Assembly: GCA_051294375.1 (NCBI GenBank)
Contig: JBJCIZ010001669.1
Span: forward strand, 1-52,267
Reading direction: 5' to 3'
DNA from: Paraspadella gotoi
Lineage: Eukaryota > Animalia > Chaetognatha
Length of the DNA stretch: 52,267 nucleotides
The notes beneath the pieces are model-generated. The model made no database searches. It worked only from the letters and a program-made list of their open reading frames with translations, and was not told the origin of the DNA. A program made the translations under genes and the position numbers. Positions 34,817 to 48,900 of the stretch are shown here, in pieces (the first letter of the stretch is position 1; every line of letters begins with the position of its first letter).

Positions 34817-34916
34817 NNNNNNNNNNNNNNNNNNNNNNNNNNNNNNNNNNNNNNNNNNNNNNNNNNNNNNNNNNNNNNNNNNNNNNNNNNNNNNNNNNNN
34901 NNNNNNNNNNNNNNNN

Positions 34917-37900
34917 CAACAAACCCCCCCCCAAGATCCTAAGGACAGGATCGAAATTTTTATTCTTATTTTTTTATTGTTCTTTCTATCTTAAATTTTC
35001 TTCACCTCCCAATTCCACCAATCCCTCCCAATCCCATTCTCAATCCCTCCCAATCCCACCAACCCCAAGCATGCGCTACAGCCTAAAACAGGCTTTTTTT
35101 TTCTCAGGTGGTTCACGTGACAAAAGGCTAATTTTTTATCATCCCCTATTTCTCTGTTTTTTACTCCTTCCCTTCTTCTTTCCTTTGCTCTTCCTTCCCT
35201 GCTTTCATTTTTTTCTTCACTGCAGGAAAACAGGTACCGAAAAAAACCGACTCAGGATTCATTCCTTCACAGGCAGAACATCATCACAATCATAAAATTG
35301 ACTCAGACTAATACTCTTCATTTCCCGCTTCCTTTGTTTCTCAGTTTCTCTCTAAAAATTTTTTTTCAGGAACCAGGTTCTATGGATCGCCAATCTACTT
35401 GTGAGGTTTACAGCTTTACAGCTTACCTTTACAGCAGTTGCTCATTAGGAAAATAACCCAAAACCTCATAACCCCCCTTTTACTATAAACACCTTTTTTG
35501 CCTTTTTCATTTATCTCTTCAGTTTACTTTCATGTGTTCCACCTTCCTTTCCTCACGCTTTCCGTAAAGTCTCCTCCCTCTCTCATGAACATAGTTTAAA
35601 CAAGTTATTATAAAGAGGAAATAAATAAAATTAATTTAACGTAATAGAATGAAATAAAACAATATAAAATAAACAATATAAGCAAAAACCGAAACAAAAT
35701 AAAATACACAAACTCGAATAAAATAGATAAAACAAAACAAAATAAAATAACATACAAAATGCGAAACTACAAATATTAAAAAAATATCAAAACACCAAAA
35801 TACCAAAATACCAAAATACCAAAATACCAAAATATCAAAATATCAAAATACCAAATTACCAAAATATTAAAATACAAAAATACAAAAAATTAAAATAAAC
35901 AAAATAAAACTGAAATTTAACAAACAAAAAAATGAAATGAGACAAAAATAAACCAAAATAAAATAATTAAATATAAAATCGAAACATAATAAAAAAAAAC
36001 TAACAAATAAAATAAGCAAAATTTAAATAAAATAAACAATATTAAATATAACAAATAAAATTAAACTCAAGGCCGGCCAAAATAAACCAAAAAAAATATA
36101 AATAAAAAAAAAAATTAATAATATAAACAAAATAAGTATAGAAAGTAGAGAAGAGTTAGTTAAAACAAAATCAATAAAGATTACACAAAGTAAAAACACA
36201 AATATGCAAAACAAACAAAATAAACAAAGTAAATAACAAGTATAAGCAAGATAAGCAAAAATAAACAAAAAAACTCCTGTCTTATATTCTATACTTCCCT
36301 CAACTTAAAACTATCATTACCTCTTTGCAGGGATGTGGAATAGAATGACAATGCCCAAAATATACACTTTAATACGTTTTAATACACTTTAATCAATGTC
36401 AACCCTTATCTTCCAATTAGGCCCAGAGTCTTCCATTAACCAGTCAATGTAGGATTCGTGGTGACGAGAGATGGCGACTGCAGTCATGGGCGACGCGACG
36501 GTGCCTGCGGCATTTGAACGCAACGCGAGGAAGGCAGCGAGAAGAAAACCCCCACTGAGAAAACCCTCGACGACCCTACCCCTTAGCCCCTCTCATGGCG
36601 ACACCACCCAGCGTTTACCCTCTTCCACGGCGCTGCTCCAAACTGCGACGCCCGAACTTTCCACTCTGAGGCAACCTACCCTTCGTCCACAACAACCTTT
36701 CTGCAATCTCGCCACCAACAGAACTCATTGACTATCCTCCACAATTGGAGTTTTCGCCCATGCACCCCAACGTGATTGCTTTTAAATGTATTGTCATCTA
36801 AGCCTTTTGTCGTCTATTATCCTCATTGACTGTAACTAGTAATTCAGATCTCAATTTCCGTAATGGTGACTTTATTCGTTTATATTTTGGCTTACCATCT
36901 AAAAACCGTAGCAATTTCAGGTTTAACTCGTTAAACTTGCCTACCATCTCGATGATCCATAAATAAAAAGTTATTCCCTATTCCCTATTCTATTCCCTTT
37001 GTGTTACCATTTAATGAAATTTACCAGTTGAAGTTCTATTCAATTAATGTGACCTTTTGTTTCTGCTAATGAACTTTAGCGGCTTAATTTAATCCATTTG
37101 TATTTTGTTCCTTTGGTTCTATATCCTCACCTAATAACCAAAAAAAAAAAAATCAACAAACAAAGAAAAGAAAAGTAAAATAAAAAGATGAAAAAAAATT
37201 AATAAAAAAATAAATAAATAAACAAAAATATAAAAACCCTGTTGAACCAAAAAAAAAAAAAAATACGAAAAAAAAAACGTATTTCAATAGTGAGAAAAAA
37301 AGTCTCACAATTTAATTCCTCGTTCCATTCAATTGTACTGTGAGCGCAGTTTCTATGTATTGTAGATCATGTAATAGTATAGTATCCAGTTTTGAATTGA
37401 ATCCCCACTACCCCATCCCTCCGCCCCGACTAACTGTGCAGCGACCTGACCCGGCGCCAACCAACTGCGTGGTCGACATCGAATATTCCTCCAAGAAGAT
37501 TCCCCACTCCGAACTCTTCCGAACTCCCGAAACTTCTACTGTCACCTTTTAGAACTGCCTTTTCCGCTACTAAACTTCACAGAACCAGCGGTCGCCCCCT
37601 CCGAACTCTTCTGGACTCCCGAATCTCAAATGAGACATCAGCGCCCCCAGAAATCTCTCTCTCTGAAGCAATTTCACCAAGCCAGCAGATGACGACGCCC
37701 ACCTACGCCCACCTACGCCCACCTACGCCATTGTGGGCCCACGTGGACGTCTCGGTTAAGAAGAGGGGCGCAAGATAGAGGGGCGTTTACCGCCACAGCT
37801 CTTCCCCATCCCCGTCGTCCCCTCCTCCTCATCCCCTCCTCCTCATCCCTCCGGCAACCCTCGGGCCGGGACCAAGGATTCACTGGCAGCTCAACTCACA

Positions 37901-40900
37901 AGTCGGGGCACAAGAAACCTCCCTCCCTCTCCCTCTTATTTTGTACATAACCGTCTTTACTATAATTTAGACTTATTAGACTCCATATCCTCACTTACCT
38001 CTTTTACCTGATGAGAGACTAGTTAGTACCTACCTTTAGCTAGATACCCATCTTCCCAGTGGCGCCCAATCAGGCCTCTCCCCTAGGTTTAACCTACCCC
38101 AGGATTAAGATCCCGTGCTTCCGACTTTAACCGGCACCTAACCCACCCTACCCAACTGGGGGCGTCCAAATTTTCTCTCTTTTCTTTTTTTAACCTCATC
38201 TCTTCTATCTATTCACGACTCAAAACTAACCTGAAATTTTTTTTCGTTTTAACGCGATTTTTTTCCTCAAAATTTGTTTTTTATAAAAACAAAACAAAAA
38301 AACCATGACTCACAACAAAACTTACATTTTTTTTTTGGCCGCATTTGGTAAAATTTGTTATAAAACTTTTTTCTCACGCAACAAAAAATTGTGAAAAAAA
38401 AAACAAACAAAAAAAACAAAAAAGAAAGCAAGCTACCGGAGCAACGGAAGCAAACAACAACAGGAGTAGGAACCAAATGTAGTATGTATGGTAATGTGGT
38501 TATTTAAATTTATTTTATTTAAATTTTTTTTAGATGTTTTAATTACCAAAACCGTAACAAAAAAAAAAACTCTTTTACAGATTTGGCATCTCATCCATAA
38601 TTGTGATACGTATTTCCTTTTACAGTGGGGTACGAAGCCTGTCTTTTGTTCCTTGCTTCCAATTTCATTTAAAATCAATGACGATAATCTTTAAAAATTT
38701 TCAGGTCAACGTTTCCTGTTCCATATTTCGACTTAGATCAATAACCAATAGTCAAAAACAAATTTCTTTTACAGGTCTCCACATTTTCTTACTATTTAGC
38801 TAAATTTTGATTCTCAATCCTTAGCTTTTCACTGCTATTAAAACTTTTTTCACTTATTTTAACATTATCTTATTCCAAATTGCTTCTCTCATTTTGGCTA
38901 ACTCTTTCCCTCACTATACTGACATTACTATTTCCCTTACTATATAGTTCTGTACCTCATCTTTATTTCCCTTACTTCTCTGATTTTACTATGATACTCC
39001 CTTAATTATCATTAAATTTCATTTCGTAATTACTCAACCGTTTATTTGGCGTTATACTATATCAGATATCCTTTCCTTAATCTCTATTACTTCACTGTTT
39101 TGGCCTCCTTATTTCAGTGTATGTTCAATCTGCGTCGGCCTCGGGTCTGGGTCACCGACGGTCTCACTGAAGACAATAGCTACTCAAAGCTCGTACATGT
39201 CTCACTATCTATCTTTTTGCCACGCCTTCTTGACCGTTGAACCCTCCCTCCGAGAGCAAGGGTCTCACGTTGACGCCAGCACGGGCTGTTTCCCCGTACG
39301 TTTTTCTCTCATTTTTCTCTCGTGTGTGCATCATCTGGAGTAGAGCCTGGTTGGCGATAGGTCGGAGGGTCATCCTGACCATGCTCACGTGACATTTTCA
39401 CACGCCAGATTTTCACCCCAAAGAATGACGATTGACCGCGGCTGAATGCCCCTGGCATTACCCGTGGGCGAACAGGACTGTGTGGGATTGCGCGGCGGAC
39501 CTCCTCCCTCCGAATCCCCGCCCCTCGTCCCTGATGTGCTTGTACACGCCCGCGCCGGCTTCAGTTGAACTCGGCCAGAGGACTCCCACTCGAGAGAGGT
39601 ATGAGATCACGACAGCTGCAGAATAAACAGCTTTGCCTTGTCTCTCTCCCCTCTCTCTCCCATATCCCCACCGTCTCTCTCTCTTCCCACATGTCCTCTT
39701 TTATACCTTTAATCTTTTAAATTATTGTTGTGCCTGGGGCGTGTTTGACCCGGCCGCCAACAGAACGGGGGCCAGGAAATTCCCTCCCCGCTGCGACGCG
39801 CAGTCAGTCACAGCAGGGTGCTCAATCTCGTCGGATGAATCATAGAAGTTCTCATTTCGATCTTCGGGTGCTTTGTGATCCTCATCCTGGCCGCTGGCTC
39901 GGGCGAGTGAAGAGTGAGATTTTCTCTCCTGTCTGTTCTCTCTACATCTTTGCTCTCTCTCTCTCTCTCTCTCATTCTCTCGAGATCTCATCATCTCGTG
40001 CGTGACTCCCGGATCCCTGCAGGTGACGGTGGGGGTGTGTGAGAGATATGAAAATTCATATATTTTGGGGATGTGGGAACTATGGGGATCCAAATATATT
40101 AAAAACTTCCAAATGTTTATTATTAAAGCTATCATAGCCGATATTGCGGGGCCTTCTTTATTTCTTTTTTTGGTATTTAATAATATTCCCATTCTCTAAT
40201 ATTTTTTTATAACTTTCTTTTTTTACTTTTTTTTTAAGAGCCTCATCTTTCTCTTTTTTGTATTTCAATTTATGTTTTCAATTTTGTTATATTTTTATTT
40301 CATATTTCATATATGTGCCAATTTTAGATGGCTCTTTAGCAAGAGTGTGACTTTCTATTGCGTTCCTCCCCTCCTTTTCATTCCCTCTCTCTTCTCTCTC
40401 TCTTCTCTGGTGCGATTTCGTCTTTTACTTTTCTCCGCCCGCCATTCTCCGGGAGGGGGTCATGCGTCCTCTCTCTCTCGTGGGGTTCTTCTCTCCTCTG
40501 GGGTGGGTCGGTTCTCTATGCACAGTGGGTTTTTCTCTCTTTCAACGGACTAAAGCGGGGGAGAAGGAACAAAAATTTTGGGAAGTGAAGGGACGATGGG
40601 AAAAAGGAAGACGGGGGGGGCGATAAACGAAGGGGCGGGTGTTGCCGGAGGATGGGAAAAGAGGGAGGAGGTCCTCAATCCTTCGAGCCTCTCCTATTCT
40701 TGCGTGATGTGTTTTCTCCTCGTCTTGCGTCTCTCGCTCTCGGCGGTAGACTTTTTTATGATCGAGAGGCGAGAGGGATTTAAAAAAAAAAAAAAACTCC
40801 ACATTGGTCTGCTCATTGAATGCGGGCGAGCAAAAAAATAAACGATTTTTAATGAAGACTACAATGAACACACACAGAGTATAAGACAACGGGAAAAAAA

Positions 40901-43900
40901 TTAGATAAATAAGATAATATAAAGTTATAAAGTAAAATAACATAAATAAAGGCGTCAAAGAAAAAAAATATTGAAAATAAAATAAGTTTATCAATAGCCG
41001 ACGAATAACAATAATAAAAAAATATAGAAGTCCTTATCAATAAAAAAGTGGTTTCCGGGGAATAAAAAAAAATTCAAAAAAGAGAAAGAAAAGGCAGTGT
41101 TGCTCGTGGATATGAGCACTAGTAAGATAATTTATCAGTATTAACCCCCCCACCCAAACGAAATAAGAAAAAGAAGAACTCCCTGTATATTGCAGCTTTC
41201 CTGAGGCGGAAGAGGAGGAGGAAACCAGCTCACCTATGTTTTTGTAAATCTCCAGTCAAGTAGAAAAGAATTATCTCCGTTCCGATTGGGCTCAGGTTGA
41301 CGGATCATACACTGTCTTTATGTACACTATTTGATTGTTTCTAAACGCTTATGAATGTGAAAATCTCTTGGAGGGATATTGATCTCCTATAGGAGAGAAG
41401 CGAGAGGCCTAGGACCCGCGGGACCTGCGCCGTATTCAAAAGCCCCTTACAGCCCAATTACAGCCCCTTAAGCCCTTAAGTCCACCGTGGTGCAGTGTAT
41501 GCCCGGCGGTGATGACCACTCGGCTGTAAAATACATTTCCGCCCTCGTGGGAAGAGAAGGAGGCCGGAAATGAAGACTGAGGAGCGGCTCGGATCTGCCC
41601 TACGGAACCCCACCCTTAATCCGGTGGAGCCCTTCTTCCCAATCGGTGGACGGCGGCTTTCCAGCCATGGCCCCTGCGTACGGAGGGGGGCTGGAAAGGG
41701 GGACGAGGAACCAAGGAACCAATCGGCGCGGCCGACGCCACAGGCAGCTGCCAAACCATTTCCTCCGCCCGTAGGGGTGGCTATTCTGATATCCCAGGAC
41801 TTTCCGGTGTGTTGTCCGCCGTGGCGCCAAAAGGTGCTTTGTTCGCGCAGACCACCAAAAGGGACTTTGTTTCGCCCAATAGTCAAAATTAGTATGAGAG
41901 AAAACAAACGCGCACCCCCGCCGGAACAAAGGGATGATCCTAAGGACGAGCGGGAGAGTAACGAAGAGTTAGTTTATGTCTTCATTATGTGGGTTATATT
42001 GTATCTTATCTATAGCTTAAATTGTGGTATGTGTCAGACTGCCCAGGGGAGGTTTCACAACCAATGCCCTGCCCACAAATCCCATGTTCGTGGAATCGGA
42101 ACCTGCCAAGTGGCCGCACAACCCGGAGCGACAATGCGCTATACAGCCTAAAACAGGCATTTTTTTATATCTGCAGGTGGGTGCGACGTGACAAAAAGGC
42201 CTAGAGATTTCTTTACTCATCCGCTAGTTGTCTCCTGTTTTTTTAACTCCTTCCCTTCTTTCTTCTCCTTTGCTCTTCGCTTCCCTTGCTGTGGATTTCA
42301 TATTTATTTCTATCCACTAGCACAGGAAAAACACGTACCGAAAAAAACCGACTCAGGATTCATTATTCCTCACAGCAGAACCACCGTGCGGATCACAATC
42401 ATAAAATTGACGTCAACTAATACTGGCGTTTCAATTATCCAGTGCTTTCTCTTTTTTTTTTCTTTCAGGGAAGTTTTTCTCTCTTTTTAAAATTATAATT
42501 TCTCTTTTCAGTGGTAATCTCCAGGTTCTATGTGTATCGTCTCAGGTGAGCCTGTTGCTGACGGTCTCTACAGCATTTACAGTTACGCTGTGTAGCAGAG
42601 TGACTCATTAGGAAAATAACCCAAAAACCATGCATAAACCCCTTTTTTATCTATAATACACCTCTTTTTGTGCCTTTTCATTTATTCTCCAGTTTACTTA
42701 TACAATGTGTTTCAACCTCTTCCTTTTCCGCGTTCTCTAGCGCTCTTCTGCCGGGTAGCTTGTTCGTCCTCCTTGCTCGATGAGCGGACTATTAGTTGGT
42801 TTTAAATACACTAGTTATCTCCCTAAGCAAGCTTGTAACTACTTAATTATCATTTTTACATTTTAATTTATAATCCGTAAATAGAATGACCAATACAAAA
42901 TACAATATAAAATATAACAATTATAAGCGATTACAACCGCAGAACACTCAACCCTAATACACAACTACCCACAAACTCGACACTTACACATAGATCAACC
43001 ACAAACAAATAAACTTAACATACAAAATGTGCTGCAAACTACAAATATTAAAAAATATCAATAATACACCAACAATTATCCTCAATATTCTACCAAAATC
43101 ACCAAAATTCACCACACCATATCAAAATTTATTCACTTCAACATACCACTAAATTACCAAAATACCAAAATTATTCAAATATTACCTCTAAATACATACT
43201 CACATCTTTACTTCTCTTATCATTACTCTATTAATACTCATACACAACTACAAGACAAACATTGAGAGAATCAATTACAAAATAAAACTGAAATTTATAA
43301 CTATAAACAAAAATGTAAATGAACATAAAATAAACTTCCTCAATAATAAAATAATTTATAATACCTTAACTCTCGAATAACTCCATTATATACAAATAAT
43401 ACAACTACTACATACCTTCACTAAATAAGCAAAATTTAACATAAACATCAACAATATAAAATATCAACATAATAAAAATTAATAACTCTCACCATGCCGC
43501 CTCACATATAAACCAAATAAATATAAATATCTAAATTAAAAAAAAATAATTTAATAATATAAACCAATTTCCCTAATAACTCATAACATATTAAATCGTA
43601 TTGATTTATTTGTGTTATAACAAAATCTAATAAAATTAAATCAAAGTAAATAATCAACATTAATATATGTGTCTCAACAACCAAACATAAAACTTTAAAT
43701 TTCACACGTAAATAACAAGTCATAAGCAAGCAATAAAACAAAAATAAACTCTATTAAAGAGAAGCTCCTGGGTGCTGGTAAGTTTGGCGGGGGAAAATAT
43801 ACTTCCCTCAACTTAAAACTACTTTCATTACCTTCTGTTGCGAGGGAATGGTGAATAGAATGACAATGCCCAAAATATACACTTTAATACGTTCTTTAAT

Positions 43901-45940
43901 ACCATCTTTTATCAAAATGTCGACCGCGTGTATCGTCTCCCAATGACGCCGCCGAAGCTCTTTGGGGTCCAACTGTAAAACCAAGTCATGTAGGCATTCA
44001 GATTAAATGGTGACAAGAGCAGAGATGGCGGACTCGCGGCAGTCCATAGTGTCGTTGCCCGGCCCGACGCGTGCCCTGCTGGCATTTGAACGCTCGCCGA
44101 CGGCAAGGCAGACGAAGAAGTAAACTCCTCCACTTGGAGAAAACCCGACGACCTCTACTCTCCTCTTCTAGCCCTCTCCGCATTCTCCATGGGGCGACAA
44201 CCCAGCCGAGCGTTCGGTTACCCTCTTGGCAGCGGGGCGCTGCTCCAGAAGCTGCGAGCGCCCCGACACCTTTCCATCTTGATAAGGCAATCCATACCCT
44301 TCGTCACAACCAACCTGTTTCCTGCAATCTCTCTGCCACCATATGAGAACCAGAAACTACATGCACACCTATACCTCCCAACAATTTGGAGTTTTCGCCC
44401 CGTATTAGTTTGAAATGTAATTGTCATCTGAGAGCACTGGGTTTGTCGTCTCCTACTTTTATTCCTCCATTTGATCTCTGCTATATCTTATCGGTAAGAT
44501 TTCAGATCTTCTAATTTCTCCGTTTAAGTGGGTGATTTTAGTGTCGATTTACTATTTTGACTTACCATCTAATATACCTCTGTATCAATTCATGGTCTAA
44601 CTCGTTAAACTTGCCTACCATCTTCCATGACATTCCATTAATTAAAAAGTGTTTATTTCGACTATTCCCTATTCTATTTGCCGCTTTTGATTTACCATTT
44701 AATGAAAATTTACCAGTTGAAGTCTATTCAAATTTATATGTACTCCTTTTGTTTCGTGACCTTATATGAACAATTTAGCGGGAAAACTTAATTATTCAAT
44801 CCATTTCGTATTATTGTTGCATTTGGTTCTAATAGTCGCTCACCTGAATAACCCGAGAAAAAAAAAAATACAACAAAAACAAAGAAAACAGAAAAGTAAA
44901 ATAAAAAAAGGATGAAAAAAATTAATAAAAAATAATAAATAAAACAAAAAATATAAGAACCCTGATTGAACCAAAAAAAAAAAAAATACAGAAAAAAAAA
45001 AACGTATTTCATATGTGAAGAAAAAAAAAGTCTCACAAATTTTAAAATTCCACATCGTTCCCATTCAATAATGTACTGTGAAAGCGACAAGTTTCTAATG
45101 TATTGTAGAATCAAGTGTAAATAGTGTAATCCCATATTAGTATCTTTCAGTGTGTCTGGATTGCTAATCACCGACTACCCATTCCCCTCCGCGCCCGCGG
45201 GACTAACTGTGCGGAGGCGACCGACCCGGGCGGCAGACCAGCTGCCGATGACGTTACGACATCGAAATATCTCTCCAAGACTATCTTCCCCTTCTCCGAA
45301 CCTCTCGAACTCCGTAATACTTGTCTGAGCTGGTCGACGTTTGGAGAAGTGGCCTTCCCCGCTACCTAACTTCACAGAAACCAGCCCTATGCCCCCCCTT
45401 CAACTCTTCCGGGACTCGGCGCGCGAGATCTCGAAATTGAAGAACATCAGCTGCTCCCCTAAGAAATCTTTACTTATCTGACGCAAATTCACCAGCCAGC
45501 AGGGATGACGAGCCGCCCACGTAGCGGCCGATTGATGGGCCCCGAGGTGGAATGTGGACCAGTGAATACGGTTAAGAAGAGGGGCGCAAGAATAGAGGGC
45601 AGTTTACGCCACAGCTCTGCCATCCCGTCGTCCCCTCCTCCTCATACCCCTCACTCCTCAATCCCTCCAGAGCAAACGCCCTCGGGCGCAGGGACCAAAA
45701 GGATTCACTGGCAATCCTACAAACGTCACAAGTCGCGGGCACAAGAAGACGCTCGCCTCCCTCCCTCTTATTTGTGGGTACATGAGACGCGTCTTTACCT
45801 CTCATAATTTAGACGCTTAGTGTAGGAAAGCTTGGGTCTTTCGAGTGAGTCCTCAACTTACACTACATCTTTACTCCTGTGGGGAGGGCGATGATCTTAG
45901 TTAGTTTACCTACCTCTTTTTAACTAGATACCCATCTCCA
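34917..45940 (+). mobile_element. Putative giant-LTR non-autonomous retroelement: 5' LTR (to 38058) - PBS - short non-coding interior - 3' LTR (~39600 or earlier to 45940)
   Basis: Two direct copies of the large repeat both end in ...CCA. Only the upstream copy is followed by a PBS, and the interior has no gag or pol motif. Confidence 0.65.
38060..38074 (+). promoter_or_regulatory. Primer-binding site, tRNA-Lys-like
   Basis: TGGCGCCCAATCAGG lies 1 nt after the repeat's terminal CA. It matches 10/10 to the start of TGGCGCCCAACGTGG (Lys-CUU type) and 13/15 to TGGCGCCCGAACAGG (Lys-UUU type). Confidence 0.75.
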
Positions 45941-48900
45941 GATATTGAAAACTTTAATAATACAGAAAACGAGTGTTTTTCCGCAAGTGTTATAAAGATA
46001 TATATAAACTTAGAAAAAAGAAAACAAGCAAACGTTTATTTTCCCAATGTAAAAAGAGTTTAAAAACACCAATAAACGACTTTTCTAAAGGTAAAAAGTT
46101 AATAAAACGTTATACCCTACAGAAAGATATTTACCAAAGAAGAGATAAACTATTAAAAACAAAGAAAATACGCTCTTTTGTCTCTCCCAAATGGTTAAAA
46201 TAAGACACTCAAAAATTTCTAAAACACCGGGAGAAACGGATAATTTCAAAAGGAAAAAGAGAATAAGAGAATCGTTATTAATACTTGCGTGATATAGGGC
46301 AATAACTTTCATCTGTGAGTGTTGTTAATAAATATTGGCTGTTGTGAGGTACGTTCTCAATGTTCTTTTTATCAAAAACAAAACGAGAGAGAGATTTCCT
46401 CGCTTTTATTTTTACTATTGTCTCCTTCTCTCTCTTTTCTTTAATTTATGTAGCTTTCTCTTCACTCTCAAAATATTAAAAACGGTGTAGTAATTATCAG
46501 AGAAGAACGCTTATTTCTCTGTAAAAAGATAGTGAAAACTATGTTGTTGGAAAAAATTAACCAGAGATATATAAACGATATATTATAACCAATGTAAAAA
46601 GAAAGAGAGATAATCTTATAAAAAAAAAAACGAGCAAAACGTTATTTTCCAATGTAAAAAAAGAGGTTAAAAAACACGCATAACGACTTTTACTAAAGGA
46701 TAAAAAAGTATATAAAAATGATATTAAATACAACCGGCGATGATATTCCACAAGACATGATAACATAAGTTAAAACAATAAGAAAAAACGCTTTTATCCA
46801 ATTGTAAAAAGAGATAAAAAATTAATACTAAAACACCGGGGAAAACGATATTTTTCAAGATAATAGAAATAAAACTGTTAATATACTTCTGTCAAAATTA
46901 AACATCAATCGAGGTTTTATAAATTGGCGGAGTGGTGGTGAGGAACAGTTTTATTTAAATATTTCTTTTTATCATAAACAAACAAATTTTCCGTACTTTT
47001 AGTTTTTATGTCTCCTTCTCTCTCTTACTTTTCTCTTAATTTTATGTTAGTCTTACCATCACTCTCAAAGATAAAACTATAAATACACCAGAAAAACGAC
47101 ATTTATCTCTGTAAAAAGATATGAAAAACTTTAAAAATAAACAGAAAACGAATTTTTTCAATGTAAAAAGAAATAAAAAACTTTAAAAAAAAAACGGCAA
47201 ACGTTTTTTTCCTATGTAAAAAGAGGTTTAAAAAAAACACCAATAATAAACGATTTTCTAAAGTAAAAAGTAAAATTAATAAAATCTCTCTGGTTAGATA
47301 TTACTCGTCGGCCAGACGATATGGTGGTTCCAAGAAACGCGGATATGATTAAACGAGACGCGTTTAAGAAACGAAAGAAAAACGGTGTTTTCAATGGTAA
47401 AAAGAGGTAAAAAATTTCTAAAAACAACCGGAAAACGATATTTACAAAAGGAAAAAAAAAATATAAAAAAAAAAACAAACGTTAATACTTCCTCAAAATA
47501 AAACATCATCGAGAGTTGTTAAAATTGTTGAAACATAAAGTGTGCGACAGTTAGTGTAAGATAGTTCTTTTATTCAAATACAAATCAATTCGCTCTGCCA
47601 CCTTCCTTTATTTTATATGATCTCCTTCTCTCTCTCTTTTCTCTTTAATTTATTAATGTAGACTTTACTCTCACTCTCATAGATAAAACGTTAAATACAA
47701 CCAGAAAAAACGACTTTTTCTCTGTAAAAAGATATGAAAACTTTAAAAAATAACAGAAAACGATTTTTTTCAAATGCTAAAAAGAAATTAAAAACTTAAA
47801 AAAAAAACGTGCAAACTGTATTTTCCGCGATGTGAAAGAGGAAGTTATAAAAAAAACACCGATAAACGACGTTTTCTATAAGTAAAAAGTGGATTAAAGA
47901 CGTTAAAATTATAAGCTGGCAGGACGAGTTAATTCCAAAGAGATAACAACTTTAAAACAAAAGGAAAAAACGCTTTTTCAATGTAAAAGAGATAAAAAAT
48001 TTCTAAAACACCGGAAAACGATATTTTCAAAGAAATAAAACGTATACTTCTGCCAAAAACATCATGAAGGTTTCGTAGTAAAAATGTGCCGCGGTGGAGG
48101 ACAGCTTATTTAAATATCTTTTTATCGAAAACAGAAAGGCCAAATAATTTCCTCTCTTTTATTAATGTCTCACCTTCATCCTCTTTTCTTTTCTCTTTAA
48201 TTAACTATATGTAGGCTTCTCTCACTCTCAAAAAGATTAAAAAAAACGTTAAATACACCAAGATAATCGTACTTTTATATCTCTTGTTAAAAAGTGATAT
48301 GAAAAACTTTTAAAAATAACCAGGAAAACGAATTTTGTGTTCTCATATATGTAAAAAGAAATAATACTTTATAAAAAATAAAACGAGCAAACGTATATTT
48401 TCCCAATGTTATATAAAAATTATAATTATAAATACATCTCGATTAAATACAGACTTTTCTAAAAAGTAAAAAAGTGATAAAAACGTAAAAGTTACGAGTC
48501 GGCGACGATATTTCCAACAGCAAATTGTATCAACAACGGTGTTTTAAAATACAAGATAAATCGCTTTTTTTCTCAATGTATCACATGATTGATATATAAA
48601 TATAATATTTTTCTCCAAAACACCGGAAAACGACTATCTCTCAAATGTAGATAAAAAGATAATATAAATACGTTAAATTACTTTTTGTCTATGATAACAT
48701 TCATTCTCCCGAGGTTGTCATAAAATTGGGATGAGGACAGTTATATAAATTTCTTACAAAACAAACAAACTCCTCCTCGTCTCTCTCGCCCCCCCCCCTG
48801 GGGGTACTCTCTTTATCGCCCTCTCCTCTCTCCTCATCACTTTTCTCTTTAATATTTATGTAGTCTTTCTCTCACTCTCAAAGATATTAAAAACTGTTTT

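Noticed and set aside
40025-40045. GGTGGGGG-TGTG as the PPT and start of the 3' giant LTR
   Set aside because: Similarity to copy 2 seems to continue upstream to about 39600, and this noisy stretch shows G-rich corruption where other copies are CT-rich.
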